Below are positions 34,357-42,672 of a stretch of DNA of 64,000 bases, in pieces. The notes beneath the pieces are model-generated. The model saw nothing but the letters and a program-made list of their open reading frames with translations, had not been told where the DNA came from and did not search any database. A program made the translations under genes and the position numbers. The stretch comes from a plasmid. Location of the stretch: the sequence record NZ_LR134467.1; one strand, written 5' to 3'. Numbering within the stretch: position 1 is the first letter of the stretch; each line of letters opens with the position of its first letter.

Positions 34357-34824
34357 ATGAGCGTCAACGGCGACGTCGTTCCGATCGACACGAGCCCCTG
34401 CACCCCGGCGGACGACGCGCTGGCCGAGCAGTGGCACCGGCTGATGCGCGACTACTCGCGCATGACCTGCGCGCTCGACCGCGCCCTCGCGGCGCACGAG
34501 CTGACCTCGTCGGAGTTCGAGGTGCTCGAGCAGCTCGAACGCGCCCGGTCGGGCGCCCTCGACGGTGGCGAGAAGGTGCGGATGGCCGACCTGGCCGAGC
34601 ACGTGCACCTCTCCCAGTCCGCACTGTCCCGCCTGGTGGCCCGCCTGGAGAAGGACGGCCTCGCGACCCGCACGATGTGCCAGAGCGACCGCCGGTCGGT
34701 GTTCACCTCGATCACGGACAGCGGCCGCGAGCGCTACGACGCGGCCCGGCCGACCCAGCGCGCGGTCCTGCGCGCCGAGTCGGCCGAGTGCGAGATGCGG
34801 GAGTACCTCTGCGGCGAGGAGTGA
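34357..34824 (+). CDS. MarR family transcriptional regulator
   Basis: 155 aa. The winged-helix region is MADLAEHVHLSQSALSRLVARLEKDGLATR. Confidence 0.85.
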   Translation: MSVNGDVVPIDTSPCTPADDALAEQWHRLMRDYSRMTCALDRALAAHELTSSEFEVLEQLERARSGALDGGEKVRMADLAEHVHLSQSALSRLVARLEKDGLATRTMCQSDRRSVFTSITDSGRERYDAARPTQRAVLRAESAECEMREYLCGEE

Positions 34825-35520
34825 TCAGCCGGCGAAGGCCGCGACCGCGCGGTCGATGAGGTCCGCGATCTCCCGCGGGTGCGAGGCCAGCGAGGCGTGG
34901 CTCGCGTCGAGCTCGATGACCTCACGGGCGCCGATGCGCTCCGCCATCCGACGCTCGTTGTCCGGGTGGATCATCCTGTCCTGCGTGGACACCTGGTACC
35001 AGCTGGGCTTGTGCCGCCACGCCGGATCCGTCACGGTATCGCCGAAGGTGGAGCCCAGCGGCGCCTTCTGGGTGACGGCCATGACGAGCGCCGCATCCTC
35101 GTCGAGATCCTGCGCGAAGCTCTCGCGGAAGCGGTCCTGCGCGATCCACAGGTAGCCGTCGGAATCGGGCGCGATCGCGTCGACCGCGGCCGGCGGGTGC
35201 TGCTCGGTGATCGCTCCGGGGCTCTCGCCGGCGTCCGGCGCGAAGGCCGCGATGTACACCAGCCCGGAGACATTGGGCTGGTTGCCGGCCTCGGTGATCA
35301 CGGCGCCGCCGTAGGAGTGGCCGACGAGGAGCACGGGACCGTCGACCTGCGCGACCATCTTCCGCGTGCGCTCGGCGTCGTCGGCGAGAGAAGTGAGCGG
35401 GTTCTCGACCGCGCGCAGCTCGGGGTAGCCGCGGCGCCGCAGCTCGACGATGAGATCCCCCCAGTGGGCGGCCCCGCCCCAGAATCCGTGGACCAGGACG
35501 ATCGTGGGCTTCTCCGTCAT
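34825..35520 (-). CDS. alpha/beta hydrolase
   Basis: MTEKPTIVLVHGFWGG, with the nucleophile elbow VGHSYGG. Confidence 0.8.
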   Translation of the reverse strand: MTEKPTIVLVHGFWGGAAHWGDLIVELRRRGYPELRAVENPLTSLADDAERTRKMVAQVDGPVLLVGHSYGGAVITEAGNQPNVSGLVYIAAFAPDAGESPGAITEQHPPAAVDAIAPDSDGYLWIAQDRFRESFAQDLDEDAALVMAVTQKAPLGSTFGDTVTDPAWRHKPSWYQVSTQDRMIHPDNERRMAERIGAREVIELDASHASLASHPREIADLIDRAVAAFAG

Positions 35521-35592
35521 CTGTCGTGACCTTTCATGTGCAGTGGCTTATCCTTGCCCTGTCCACGTTAGAAGGATTTCGGATCAAACCAT

Positions 35593-36462
35593 ATGCCTGA
35601 TTCACCCCTTTTCTTTGCCGATCGTCCAGGCGATGCGCCGGACGCGCTCAGCTCCCTGCTGCGCGCCGTCCACCTGCGCGGAGACCGGGTGCGCCGCGGT
35701 TCCTCGCCGGAGCCGGTCGCGCTGCGGGTCACCGGCCGCCGGGTCGTGCACCTCGCGGTCTCCGACGGGCTGACGGTGCGCGTGGGCGGCACGACGGTGG
35801 CGCTGGGGCCGTCCGACATGGCGCTCCTCCCCCGCGGCGACGAACACGTGCTGTCGGGACCCGCGGGCGCCGAGTGGGTCACCGGGGAGTTCACCGCGGA
35901 TCACTCCGTCGCCGACCCCGTGCTCGCGGTGCTGCCACCGGTGATCCACTGCTCCGGGGCGGCGCCCGACGCGCAGTGGCTGCGGGCCAGCCTGGAACTG
36001 CTCCTCGCCGAGACGGATTCGCCGAGCCCGGGGAGCCACGTCATGGCGGCGCGGATCCTCGACCTGCTGTTCATCCACGCGCTGCGCCAGTGGGCCGCGC
36101 AGGCCGATTCGGGGCCCGGCTGGCTCACCGCCGCGATGGACCCGCGGCTCGGCCCCGTGCTCACCGCCGTGCACGCGCACCCCGAACACCCCTGGAGCAT
36201 CGACGAACTCGCGCGCGTGGCGAGCCTGTCGCGGTCGGCGCTGGCGGCGCGGTTCACGCGCTCGCTGGGCCTGCCGCCCGCCGCGTACGTCGCCGCGCAG
36301 CGGCTCGATCGGGCCGCGGACCTGTTGCGCGAGACCGATTCTCCGGTCGCGGAGGTGGGCCGCGCGGTGGGCTACGCGTCGGAGGCGGGATTCAGCCGCG
36401 CGTTCCACCGCCGCTTCGGCGCGCCGCCCCTGCGGTGGCGCGCGCAGCAGTCGTCCCACTGA
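35593..36462 (+). CDS. AraC family transcriptional regulator (cupin + HTH)
   Basis: The C-terminal AraC HTH pair is IDELARVASLSRSALAARFTRSLGLPPAAYV...VAEVGRAVGYASEAGFSRAFHRRFGAPP. Confidence 0.8.
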   Translation: MPDSPLFFADRPGDAPDALSSLLRAVHLRGDRVRRGSSPEPVALRVTGRRVVHLAVSDGLTVRVGGTTVALGPSDMALLPRGDEHVLSGPAGAEWVTGEFTADHSVADPVLAVLPPVIHCSGAAPDAQWLRASLELLLAETDSPSPGSHVMAARILDLLFIHALRQWAAQADSGPGWLTAAMDPRLGPVLTAVHAHPEHPWSIDELARVASLSRSALAARFTRSLGLPPAAYVAAQRLDRAADLLRETDSPVAEVGRAVGYASEAGFSRAFHRRFGAPPLRWRAQQSSH

Positions 36463-36518
36463 GTCGACGGATCCCGCCGCGTTCCAGGAGGAACGGGCGG
36501 GATCGTCGGCGCGGAACG

Positions 36519-37991
36519 CTACTTCGCAGCGGCCGGAACCTCGGCCGGCGCAGCCTGCTCCGACTGCTCCACCTGGGGCTTGGGGATGAGCAGCGCGATG
36601 ACGCCGGCGAGCAGCGCGGCGACGGCGGCGACCACGAAGATCGTCTCGAACGCGCCCTGCGTGGGGATGACGTGACCGGCCATGGTGACCGACTTCGCGG
36701 AGATGATCGCGGCGGCGACGGCGGAGCAGATCGTGGTGCCCAGCGAGCGCATCAGCGCGTTGAGGCCGATCGCAGCGCCGGTCTCGCTCTGCGGCACGGA
36801 GGACATGATGATCGTCGGCATGGCGGCGTAGGCGATGGCGACGCCGACGGTGCCCACGATCGACGCGAGCGAGAGCTTCCAGGCCGCGTCCATGAGGAAG
36901 TACGCGAGCACGTAGCCGCCGGCCACGACGAAGGCGCCGATGGCGAGGGTGACGGCGGGGCCGACCTTCTTGATGAGGATGCTGGAGACCGGCGCGAAGA
37001 TCATCATCATGATGCCGCCGGGCATCATCCACAGGCCCGCCTCGAGCATGCTCTTGCCCAGGCCGAAACCGGTGGCGGTGGGGTACTCCATGATCTGCGG
37101 GACGCAGAGCATCATCGCCATCATGCCGAAGCCGATGGTGACGGTCGCGATGTTGGTGATGAGCACGCGCGGCCGCGCGGAGGTGCGCAGGTCGACGAGC
37201 GGGTCGTCGTGCCGCAGCTCGTAGGCGCCCCACGCGAGCAGCACGATCAGGCCGCCGATGAGCAGGCCGAGCGTGGTGCCGGAGGTCCAGCCCCAGTCGT
37301 TGCCCTTGGAGACGGCCACGAGCGTGGCGACCAGGCCGACGGCGAGGCCGATCGAGCCGATGACGTCGATGCGGCCGCCGACGCCGGGGGTACCGTCGGG
37401 AAGCACGAACAGGACGGCGGCGAGGATGAGCCCGGCGAGCACCGTCGAGACCCAGAACAGCATGTGCCAGTCGTAGGTCTGCGCGATCCACGCCGAGAGC
37501 GGCAGGCCGATGGCGCCGCCGACGCCGAGGGTCGCGCTCATGGCGGCGACGGCGGTCGCGGTCATCGCCGGGGGCGTGACCTCGCGCATCATCGAGATGC
37601 CGACGGGGATGAACGCCATGGCCAGGCCCTGCAGCACGCGGCCGAGCAGCATCAGGAGCAGCCCCGTGGACAGGGCGGCGGCGAGGGAGCCCGCGACGAG
37701 CAGTGCCGCGCTGAGGATGAGGACGCGCCGCTTGCCGATCATGTCGGCGAGACGGCCGCCGATGGGCATCGCGACCGCGGCGGCGAGCAGCGTGGCGGTG
37801 ATGACCCAGGACGCGTTCGCCGTCGAGGTGTTCAGCAGCTGCGGAAGCTCGGGCTGGATCGGGATCACGAGCGACTGCATGAGCGCGGCGACCATGCCGC
37901 CGAAGCACAGGATGATCACGGTCACGAGTGGGTGGTTCCGGCGGGAGCCGCTCGGTGCGAGCGCTCCCTGCCCGGTAACGGTGCTGGTCAC
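36519..37991 (-). CDS. MFS transporter (DHA2-like)
   Basis: The start was chosen at a GTG (VTSTVTGQG) preceded by a GAGAGG RBS. The tracked ORF has a spurious N-terminal extension. 14 TM, with a DMIGKRRVL motif. Confidence 0.8.
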   Translation of the reverse strand: MTSTVTGQGALAPSGSRRNHPLVTVIILCFGGMVAALMQSLVIPIQPELPQLLNTSTANASWVITATLLAAAVAMPIGGRLADMIGKRRVLILSAALLVAGSLAAALSTGLLLMLLGRVLQGLAMAFIPVGISMMREVTPPAMTATAVAAMSATLGVGGAIGLPLSAWIAQTYDWHMLFWVSTVLAGLILAAVLFVLPDGTPGVGGRIDVIGSIGLAVGLVATLVAVSKGNDWGWTSGTTLGLLIGGLIVLLAWGAYELRHDDPLVDLRTSARPRVLITNIATVTIGFGMMAMMLCVPQIMEYPTATGFGLGKSMLEAGLWMMPGGIMMMIFAPVSSILIKKVGPAVTLAIGAFVVAGGYVLAYFLMDAAWKLSLASIVGTVGVAIAYAAMPTIIMSSVPQSETGAAIGLNALMRSLGTTICSAVAAAIISAKSVTMAGHVIPTQGAFETIFVVAAVAALLAGVIALLIPKPQVEQSEQAAPAEVPAAAK

Positions 37992-38015
37992 GAGGACCAC
38001 CTCTCTACGTGGGGA

Positions 38016-38047
38016 AACGATTGAATGTGTGTAACATACATATCGTT
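38016..38047. promoter_or_regulatory. imperfect palindrome AACGAT-N20-ATCGTT (inner ATGTGTGTAACATACAT) between divergent MFS and MarR genes
   Basis: Seen directly. It is a candidate MarR operator. Confidence 0.3.
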
Positions 38048-38142
38048 GAACTGTGCAACCATATGCCTCGAGCCCGCACCGTGCAACACGGACATTCCGC
38101 CGGCCTGACAGAATCGGCGGATCGATCCTCGAGGGAGGAAGC

Positions 38143-38571
38143 ATGGACGACGCGGCGCGCCGCCTCGAGCGGGAGATCAACGCCCTCGGGCGGCACATGC
38201 GAGCGCGCCCGCGGTCGATGGAGCTGCACCTCGACCGGTCGGCCTACCTCGTACTGCTGCTCCTCGACTACGCCGGGCCGAGCACGCTCAAGGAGATCGC
38301 CACCGAGCTCGAACTCGAGCAGTCGACGGTGAACCGCCAGGTCAACAAGGCCATCGAGCACGGGCTGCTCGAGGCCGACGGTGCCGTGTCCGGCCCGAAG
38401 CGCATCCGCGCGACCGCAGCGGGGCGGGCGGCCTTCCAGCGCGACCGCGACGTGAAGCTGCGCGGGATCGGCTCGATCATGGCCGACCTCGACGAGACCG
38501 ACCGCGAGGCGCTCATCTCCGGTCTCACCGCCCTCAACGCGGCGCTCGCCGCGCGGGCCGGGGAGTCCTGA
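38143..38571 (+). CDS. MarR family transcriptional regulator
   Basis: ATG at 38143 is preceded by a GGGAGGAAGC RBS. HTH is LKEIATELELEQSTVNRQVNKAIEHGLL. Confidence 0.8.
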   Translation: MDDAARRLEREINALGRHMRARPRSMELHLDRSAYLVLLLLDYAGPSTLKEIATELELEQSTVNRQVNKAIEHGLLEADGAVSGPKRIRATAAGRAAFQRDRDVKLRGIGSIMADLDETDREALISGLTALNAALAARAGES

Positions 38572-38596
38572 CGACGCCCTCGCTCGCCGCGCCGCG

Positions 38597-39630
38597 TCAG
38601 AGCTTCGTCAGGGTGACCGAGAGCCCCGGGTCGGTGGCGGCGCCGAGGTCCGTCGGGGTCGGGTCCGCGTCGATGACGTGCGCGCCCAGCGCGGCGATCA
38701 TGACCCCGTTGTCGGTGCACAGCCGCGGCTTCGGCACGCGCAGCTCGATGCCCGCGGCGTCGCAGCGCTCCTGCGCGAGCGAGCGGATGCGCGAGTTCGC
38801 GGTGGCGCCGCCGCCGAGCACCATCGTCTCGACGCCGACGTCCTGCGCGGCGCGGATCGCCTTGAAGGTCAGCACGTCCGCGACGGCCTCCTGGAAGGAC
38901 GCGGCGACGTCGGGCACGTTCAGGGGCCGCCCCGCGGCGTTCTCGGCCTCGACGTGTCGCGCGACGGCCGTCTTGAGGCCGCTGAACGAGAAGTCGTGGC
39001 GCGCGTCCTGCTGCCGGGTCATGGCGCGCGGGAAGCGGATCGCGGTCGGATCCCCCTGGCGGGCGAGCTCGTCGATGACGGGGCCACCGGGGTAGCCGAG
39101 GCCGAGCAGGCGGGCGACCTTGTCGAAGGCCTCCCCGCGGCGTCGTCGACGGTGGTGCCGAGTTCCGTGATCGGGGCGCCGAGGTCGGTCACGTGCAGCA
39201 GGTGCGTGTGCCCGCCGGAGACGAGCAGCGCGACGCAGGGCGGCATCGGGCCGTGCTCCAGGGTGTCGACGGCGACGTGCCCGCCCAGGTGGTTGAGGCC
39301 GTAGAAGGGCACCTCCCACGCCGCCGCATAGGCTTTCGCGGCCGCGACGCCCACGAGCAGGGCCCCCGCGAGGCCCGGTCCGATGGTGACGGCGAGCGCG
39401 TCGGGCCGGTCGACGCCGGCCGTGGCGAGGGCGCGCCGCATCGTCGGGACGATGGCCTCGAGGTGTGCGCGCGAGGCGACCTCGGGCACGACGCCGCCGT
39501 AGCGGGCGTGCTCGTCCTGCGACGAAGCGACCTCGTCGGCGAGCAGGCGCGCCGTCTTCGACTCCGGGTCCCAGTCGACGATGCCGACGCCGGTCTCGTC
39601 GCACGAGCTCTCGACACCCATGACGATCAT
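38597..39630 (-). CDS. tsaD: tRNA N6-adenosine threonylcarbamoyltransferase TsaD (Gcp/Kae1); apparent -1 frameshift at 39133-39136
   Basis: The N-terminal ORF ([18 protein letters not shown]...GGHTHLL...TTVDDAAG) and the C-terminal ORF ([18 protein letters not shown]...) are in different frames. The canonical motif DDAAGEAFDK needs one more G/C in the run GCGGGGAGG (CCCC at 39133-39136 on the + strand). Confidence 0.85.
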
Positions 39631-40097
39631 CGCTGTCCCTGCGCTTCCCGCTTCATCGTGTAGGCGTCGGCCCCGGACGGCCGGTAGTAGTTCTTCCGCA
39701 CCCCGACGACCGCGAATCCGTTGCGCTCGTAGAGCGTCCGGGCCGGGTCGTTGTCCGTGCGCACCTCGAGGAAGACGGATCCGCCGTGCCGGTCGGCCTC
39801 GTCGAGCAGGGCCCGCAGGAGCGCGTACCCGACTCCCCTGCCCTGGTACTCGGGGTCGACGCCGATGGTGAGGACCTCGGACTCGGGGAAGAAGGTGTTG
39901 CCCAGCAGGCCGATTCCGGCGTAGCCGACGAGCCTGCCGTCCGCGGTCTCGTCGCGGGCGGCGAAGAAGCGGGTGTGCCGCTCTGGCGTGAACGCCGAGG
40001 CCGGCCAGGGGCTGTCGCCGGCGAACAGGACGGTCTCCAGTTCGGCGCAGCGCGCGGCCTCGTCGGGACGCAGCGGTCCGATCGGGATATCAGGCAC
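39627..40097 (-). CDS. rimI: ribosomal-protein-alanine N-acetyltransferase RimI (GNAT)
   Basis: A GTG start overlaps the tsaB stop, and the stop overlaps the tsaD ATG (ATGA). GNAT motif [13 protein letters not shown]. Confidence 0.8.
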   Translation of the reverse strand: MPDIPIGPLRPDEAARCAELETVLFAGDSPWPASAFTPERHTRFFAARDETADGRLVGYAGIGLLGNTFFPESEVLTIGVDPEYQGRGVGYALLRALLDEADRHGGSVFLEVRTDNDPARTLYERNGFAVVGVRKNYYRPSGADAYTMKREAQGQR

Positions 40098-40665
40098 GCG
40101 AAGCCATTTCGACGGCGTCGGGACGGCGCAGGTACAGCGGCACGAGCGGCCGCGGCGCGGTCCCGAGGAGGTGCGCGCCGACCGCGGCGAGGCTCGCCGG
40201 CGTCGGCGAGCCCTCGACGACCCGCGCACCGTCGACGTCCAGCTCGGCCGGCTTGATCACGCCGGGCCCGGCCGTGCGGACGCCGTCGGCGTACCGCGCC
40301 CAGTAGACCTCCTTGCGGCGCGCGTCCGTCACGACGACGACGTCACCGGGCTCACCGTGCGCGATGGCATCGAGGCTGCACACGCCGTGCACCTCGATGC
40401 CGAGGGCGTCGCCGAACGCGGCGCTGGTGGCCATCCCGACCCGCAGGCCCGTGAACGGGCCGGGGCCGCAGCCGACGATGACGGCACCCAGGTCGGCGCG
40501 GCGCAGCCCCGCCTCCGCGAGGCATTCGAGCAGGTAGGGCACGAGCACCTCGGCGTGGCCGCGGGCATGGGTGCGGTCGCGGCGGGCGAGCACGGCGCCG
40601 GTCTCGGAGTCGACGATGCCCACCGTGAGCGCCGGCGTGGCGGTGTCCAGGGCGAGCACGTACAT
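40090..40665 (-). CDS. tsaB: tRNA threonylcarbamoyladenosine biosynthesis protein TsaB
   Basis: MYVLALDTATPALTVGIVD...VIVGCGPGPFTGLRVGMATSAAFGDALGIEVHGVCSLDA. Confidence 0.85.
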   Translation of the reverse strand: MYVLALDTATPALTVGIVDSETGAVLARRDRTHARGHAEVLVPYLLECLAEAGLRRADLGAVIVGCGPGPFTGLRVGMATSAAFGDALGIEVHGVCSLDAIAHGEPGDVVVVTDARRKEVYWARYADGVRTAGPGVIKPAELDVDGARVVEGSPTPASLAAVGAHLLGTAPRPLVPLYLRRPDAVEMASRA

Positions 40666-40714
40666 ACCTGCAGGTTACCGCCTCGGCGTGGTGCGCCCGA
40701 AATCCGCGAGGCGG

Positions 40715-41341
40715 TCACGCCGGGCGCATCAACCCCCGGACGAACTGCGCGATCACGGCCCTGACCTCGGCCAACGCCGCGTCCCGGTCGTCGGCGCGTG
40801 TGACGTAGAGGGCGGATTCATCGAGCATGCCGAGGATCACGTGCGCGAGCGGGCGCACCGGCTGCGGCGCCATCCACCCCTGCTCGATCGCCTGCGCGAG
40901 AAGGCCCTCGATCACGGCGAGCCCGTACTTCTCGCCGCGGGCGCGCCAGCCCTCCCAGCCGAGCACGGCGGGAGCGTCGATCATCGTGATCCGCGTGATG
41001 CCCGGCGCCGCGATCGCCTCCATGAAGGTGTCGACCGCGAGCAGCATCGTGTCGACGGGCTCGAGGTCGCCGGCCGCGAGCACCGCCTGCGCGGCGCCGC
41101 TGATCGTCTCCTCCTCGACGGCGTCGAAGACGGCCTCGAACAGGCCGCGCTTGTCCCCGAACTGGTGGTAGAGCGCGCCGCGGGTCACGCCCGCCGCCTC
41201 GACGATCGCCTGGGTACCGACGCCGGCGTAGCCGTGGTCGGCGAACAGCGTCCGCGCCGCGGCGATCAACGCGGCGCGGGTGGCGGCGGTGCGCTCCGCC
41301 TGCGTGCGGCGGCCGCCCCGCTCCTCACCATTGACTTCCAT
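40715..41341 (-). CDS. TetR/AcrR family transcriptional regulator
   Basis: HTH FADHGYAGVGTQAIVEAAGVTRGALYHQF. Confidence 0.85.
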   Translation of the reverse strand: MEVNGEERGGRRTQAERTAATRAALIAAARTLFADHGYAGVGTQAIVEAAGVTRGALYHQFGDKRGLFEAVFDAVEEETISGAAQAVLAAGDLEPVDTMLLAVDTFMEAIAAPGITRITMIDAPAVLGWEGWRARGEKYGLAVIEGLLAQAIEQGWMAPQPVRPLAHVILGMLDESALYVTRADDRDAALAEVRAVIAQFVRGLMRPA

Positions 41342-41420
41342 ACAGGTTGCACGTAACTTTCATACCGAGTGTTCGTAACTACGCTCCGACCTTAGCCCCC
41401 GACTCCGCGAAGGGTGTGCC

Positions 41421-41777
41421 ATGCGGTGGTTCTACCTGGCCATGATGGTGATCGGCACCGTGGTGCCGTGGGCCTTCTTCGGCGACTTCTTCGCCGCGGA
41501 GGGGCTCGACCTCCCCCTGTTCGTCACGAGCCTGGTCCCCAACGGGGCGGCGTCGGGCTTCACCGCCGACGTGCTGCTGTCGATCGTCGTCTTCCTCGTC
41601 TGGTCGGCGGCGGACGCGCAGCGAGTCGGCGTGCGGCGCTGGTGGCTCGTGATCCCGGCGACCTGCCTCGTCGGGCTCTCGCTCTCGCTCCCCCTCTACC
41701 TCTACCTGCGCGAGACCCGCGCCGACCGGGAGACCACCGGCGGCGCCGCGCCCGCACCGTCAGGAGTCCCCGCATGA
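41421..41777 (+). CDS. DUF2834-like small membrane protein
   Basis: 118 aa with 3-4 TM helices, divergent from the TetR gene. Its stop overlaps the next gene's ATG (ATGA). Confidence 0.5.
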   Translation: MRWFYLAMMVIGTVVPWAFFGDFFAAEGLDLPLFVTSLVPNGAASGFTADVLLSIVVFLVWSAADAQRVGVRRWWLVIPATCLVGLSLSLPLYLYLRETRADRETTGGAAPAPSGVPA

Positions 41778-42636
41778 GCCTCGCCTCGCTCCCCACCGGC
41801 ACCGTCGACTTCCACGTCTACGGCCCCGAGACCTCCGACCGTCCGCCCGTGCTGTTCGTGCACGGCGCCGTCGTCGACCTGCAGCTGTGGGACCGCGTCG
41901 CGGGAACGCTCGGCGCCGCGGACACCGCTGTTGGTCGGTCACGTGGCCGCTGGGCTCGCACCGCATCGCCTGCCCGGACGCCGTCGCCGACGGTCCGCGC
42001 GGCGTCGCCCGCATGGTCGCCGACTTCATCGAGGACCAGGGCCTGCAGGGCTGCACCCTCGTCGGCAACGACACCGGCGGCGCGGTCTGCCAGTACCTGC
42101 TGCACGAACGTCCCGAGCTGATCGGCCGCGTGGTGCTCACCAATTGCGATGCCTTCGAGGTGTTCCCGCCGCAGCCCTTCGCGGCGCTCTTCGCCATGCT
42201 CCGGCACCGCGCGACGATCCGGCCGCTGATGACGACGATGCGCTCGACGGCCCTGCGGCACTCGCCCATCGGCTTCGGACTGCTCGTCACCGATCCCGAC
42301 CCGGACGTCACCGCCTCTTGGGCGCGGCCGACGCAGGTGGCCCCGAAGATCCGCGCCGACCTCGCGGCGCTGCTCGCCGGGATCGATCCGTCCGACCTCG
42401 CCCGGGTCTCACCGACGATGCGCGCCTTCCCCGGGCCGGTGACGTTCGTCTGGGGCATGGCCGACCGCGCCTTCACGCCCGCGCTCGGCCGCCGGCTCGC
42501 CGCCGCCTTCGGGGACGACCGGCCGGGCGGCACACGCTTCGTCGAGGTCGACGGTGCCCGCACCTTCGTCTCCCTCGACGAACCGCAGGCCGTCGTGCGG
42601 GCGATCACCGAGATCGCCGCGCTGCCCACCCGGTAG
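41774..42636 (+). CDS. alpha/beta hydrolase with Asp nucleophile (haloalkane dehalogenase/epoxide hydrolase-like); apparent -1 frameshift near 41918-41921
   Basis: N-terminal frame MSLASLPTGTVDFHVYGPETSDRPPVLFVHGAVVDLQLWDRVAGTLGAA. Then the 41887 frame reads GHRCWSVTWPLGSHRIA...LVGNDTGGAV... Restoring one G in GCGG at 41918-41921 joins the two frames. Confidence 0.7.
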
Positions 42637-42672
42637 CTCCCCGCCCCGGTTACCGCCCGGCTGCCGCCCCGG

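Noticed and set aside
35602-38198. ORFs 35602..37908 - (768 aa), 35874..38024 + (716 aa) and the N-terminal extension of 36519..38198
   Set aside because: These are wrong-frame translations over the AraC and MFS genes. The MFS start was reassigned to the GTG at 37991, which has an RBS.
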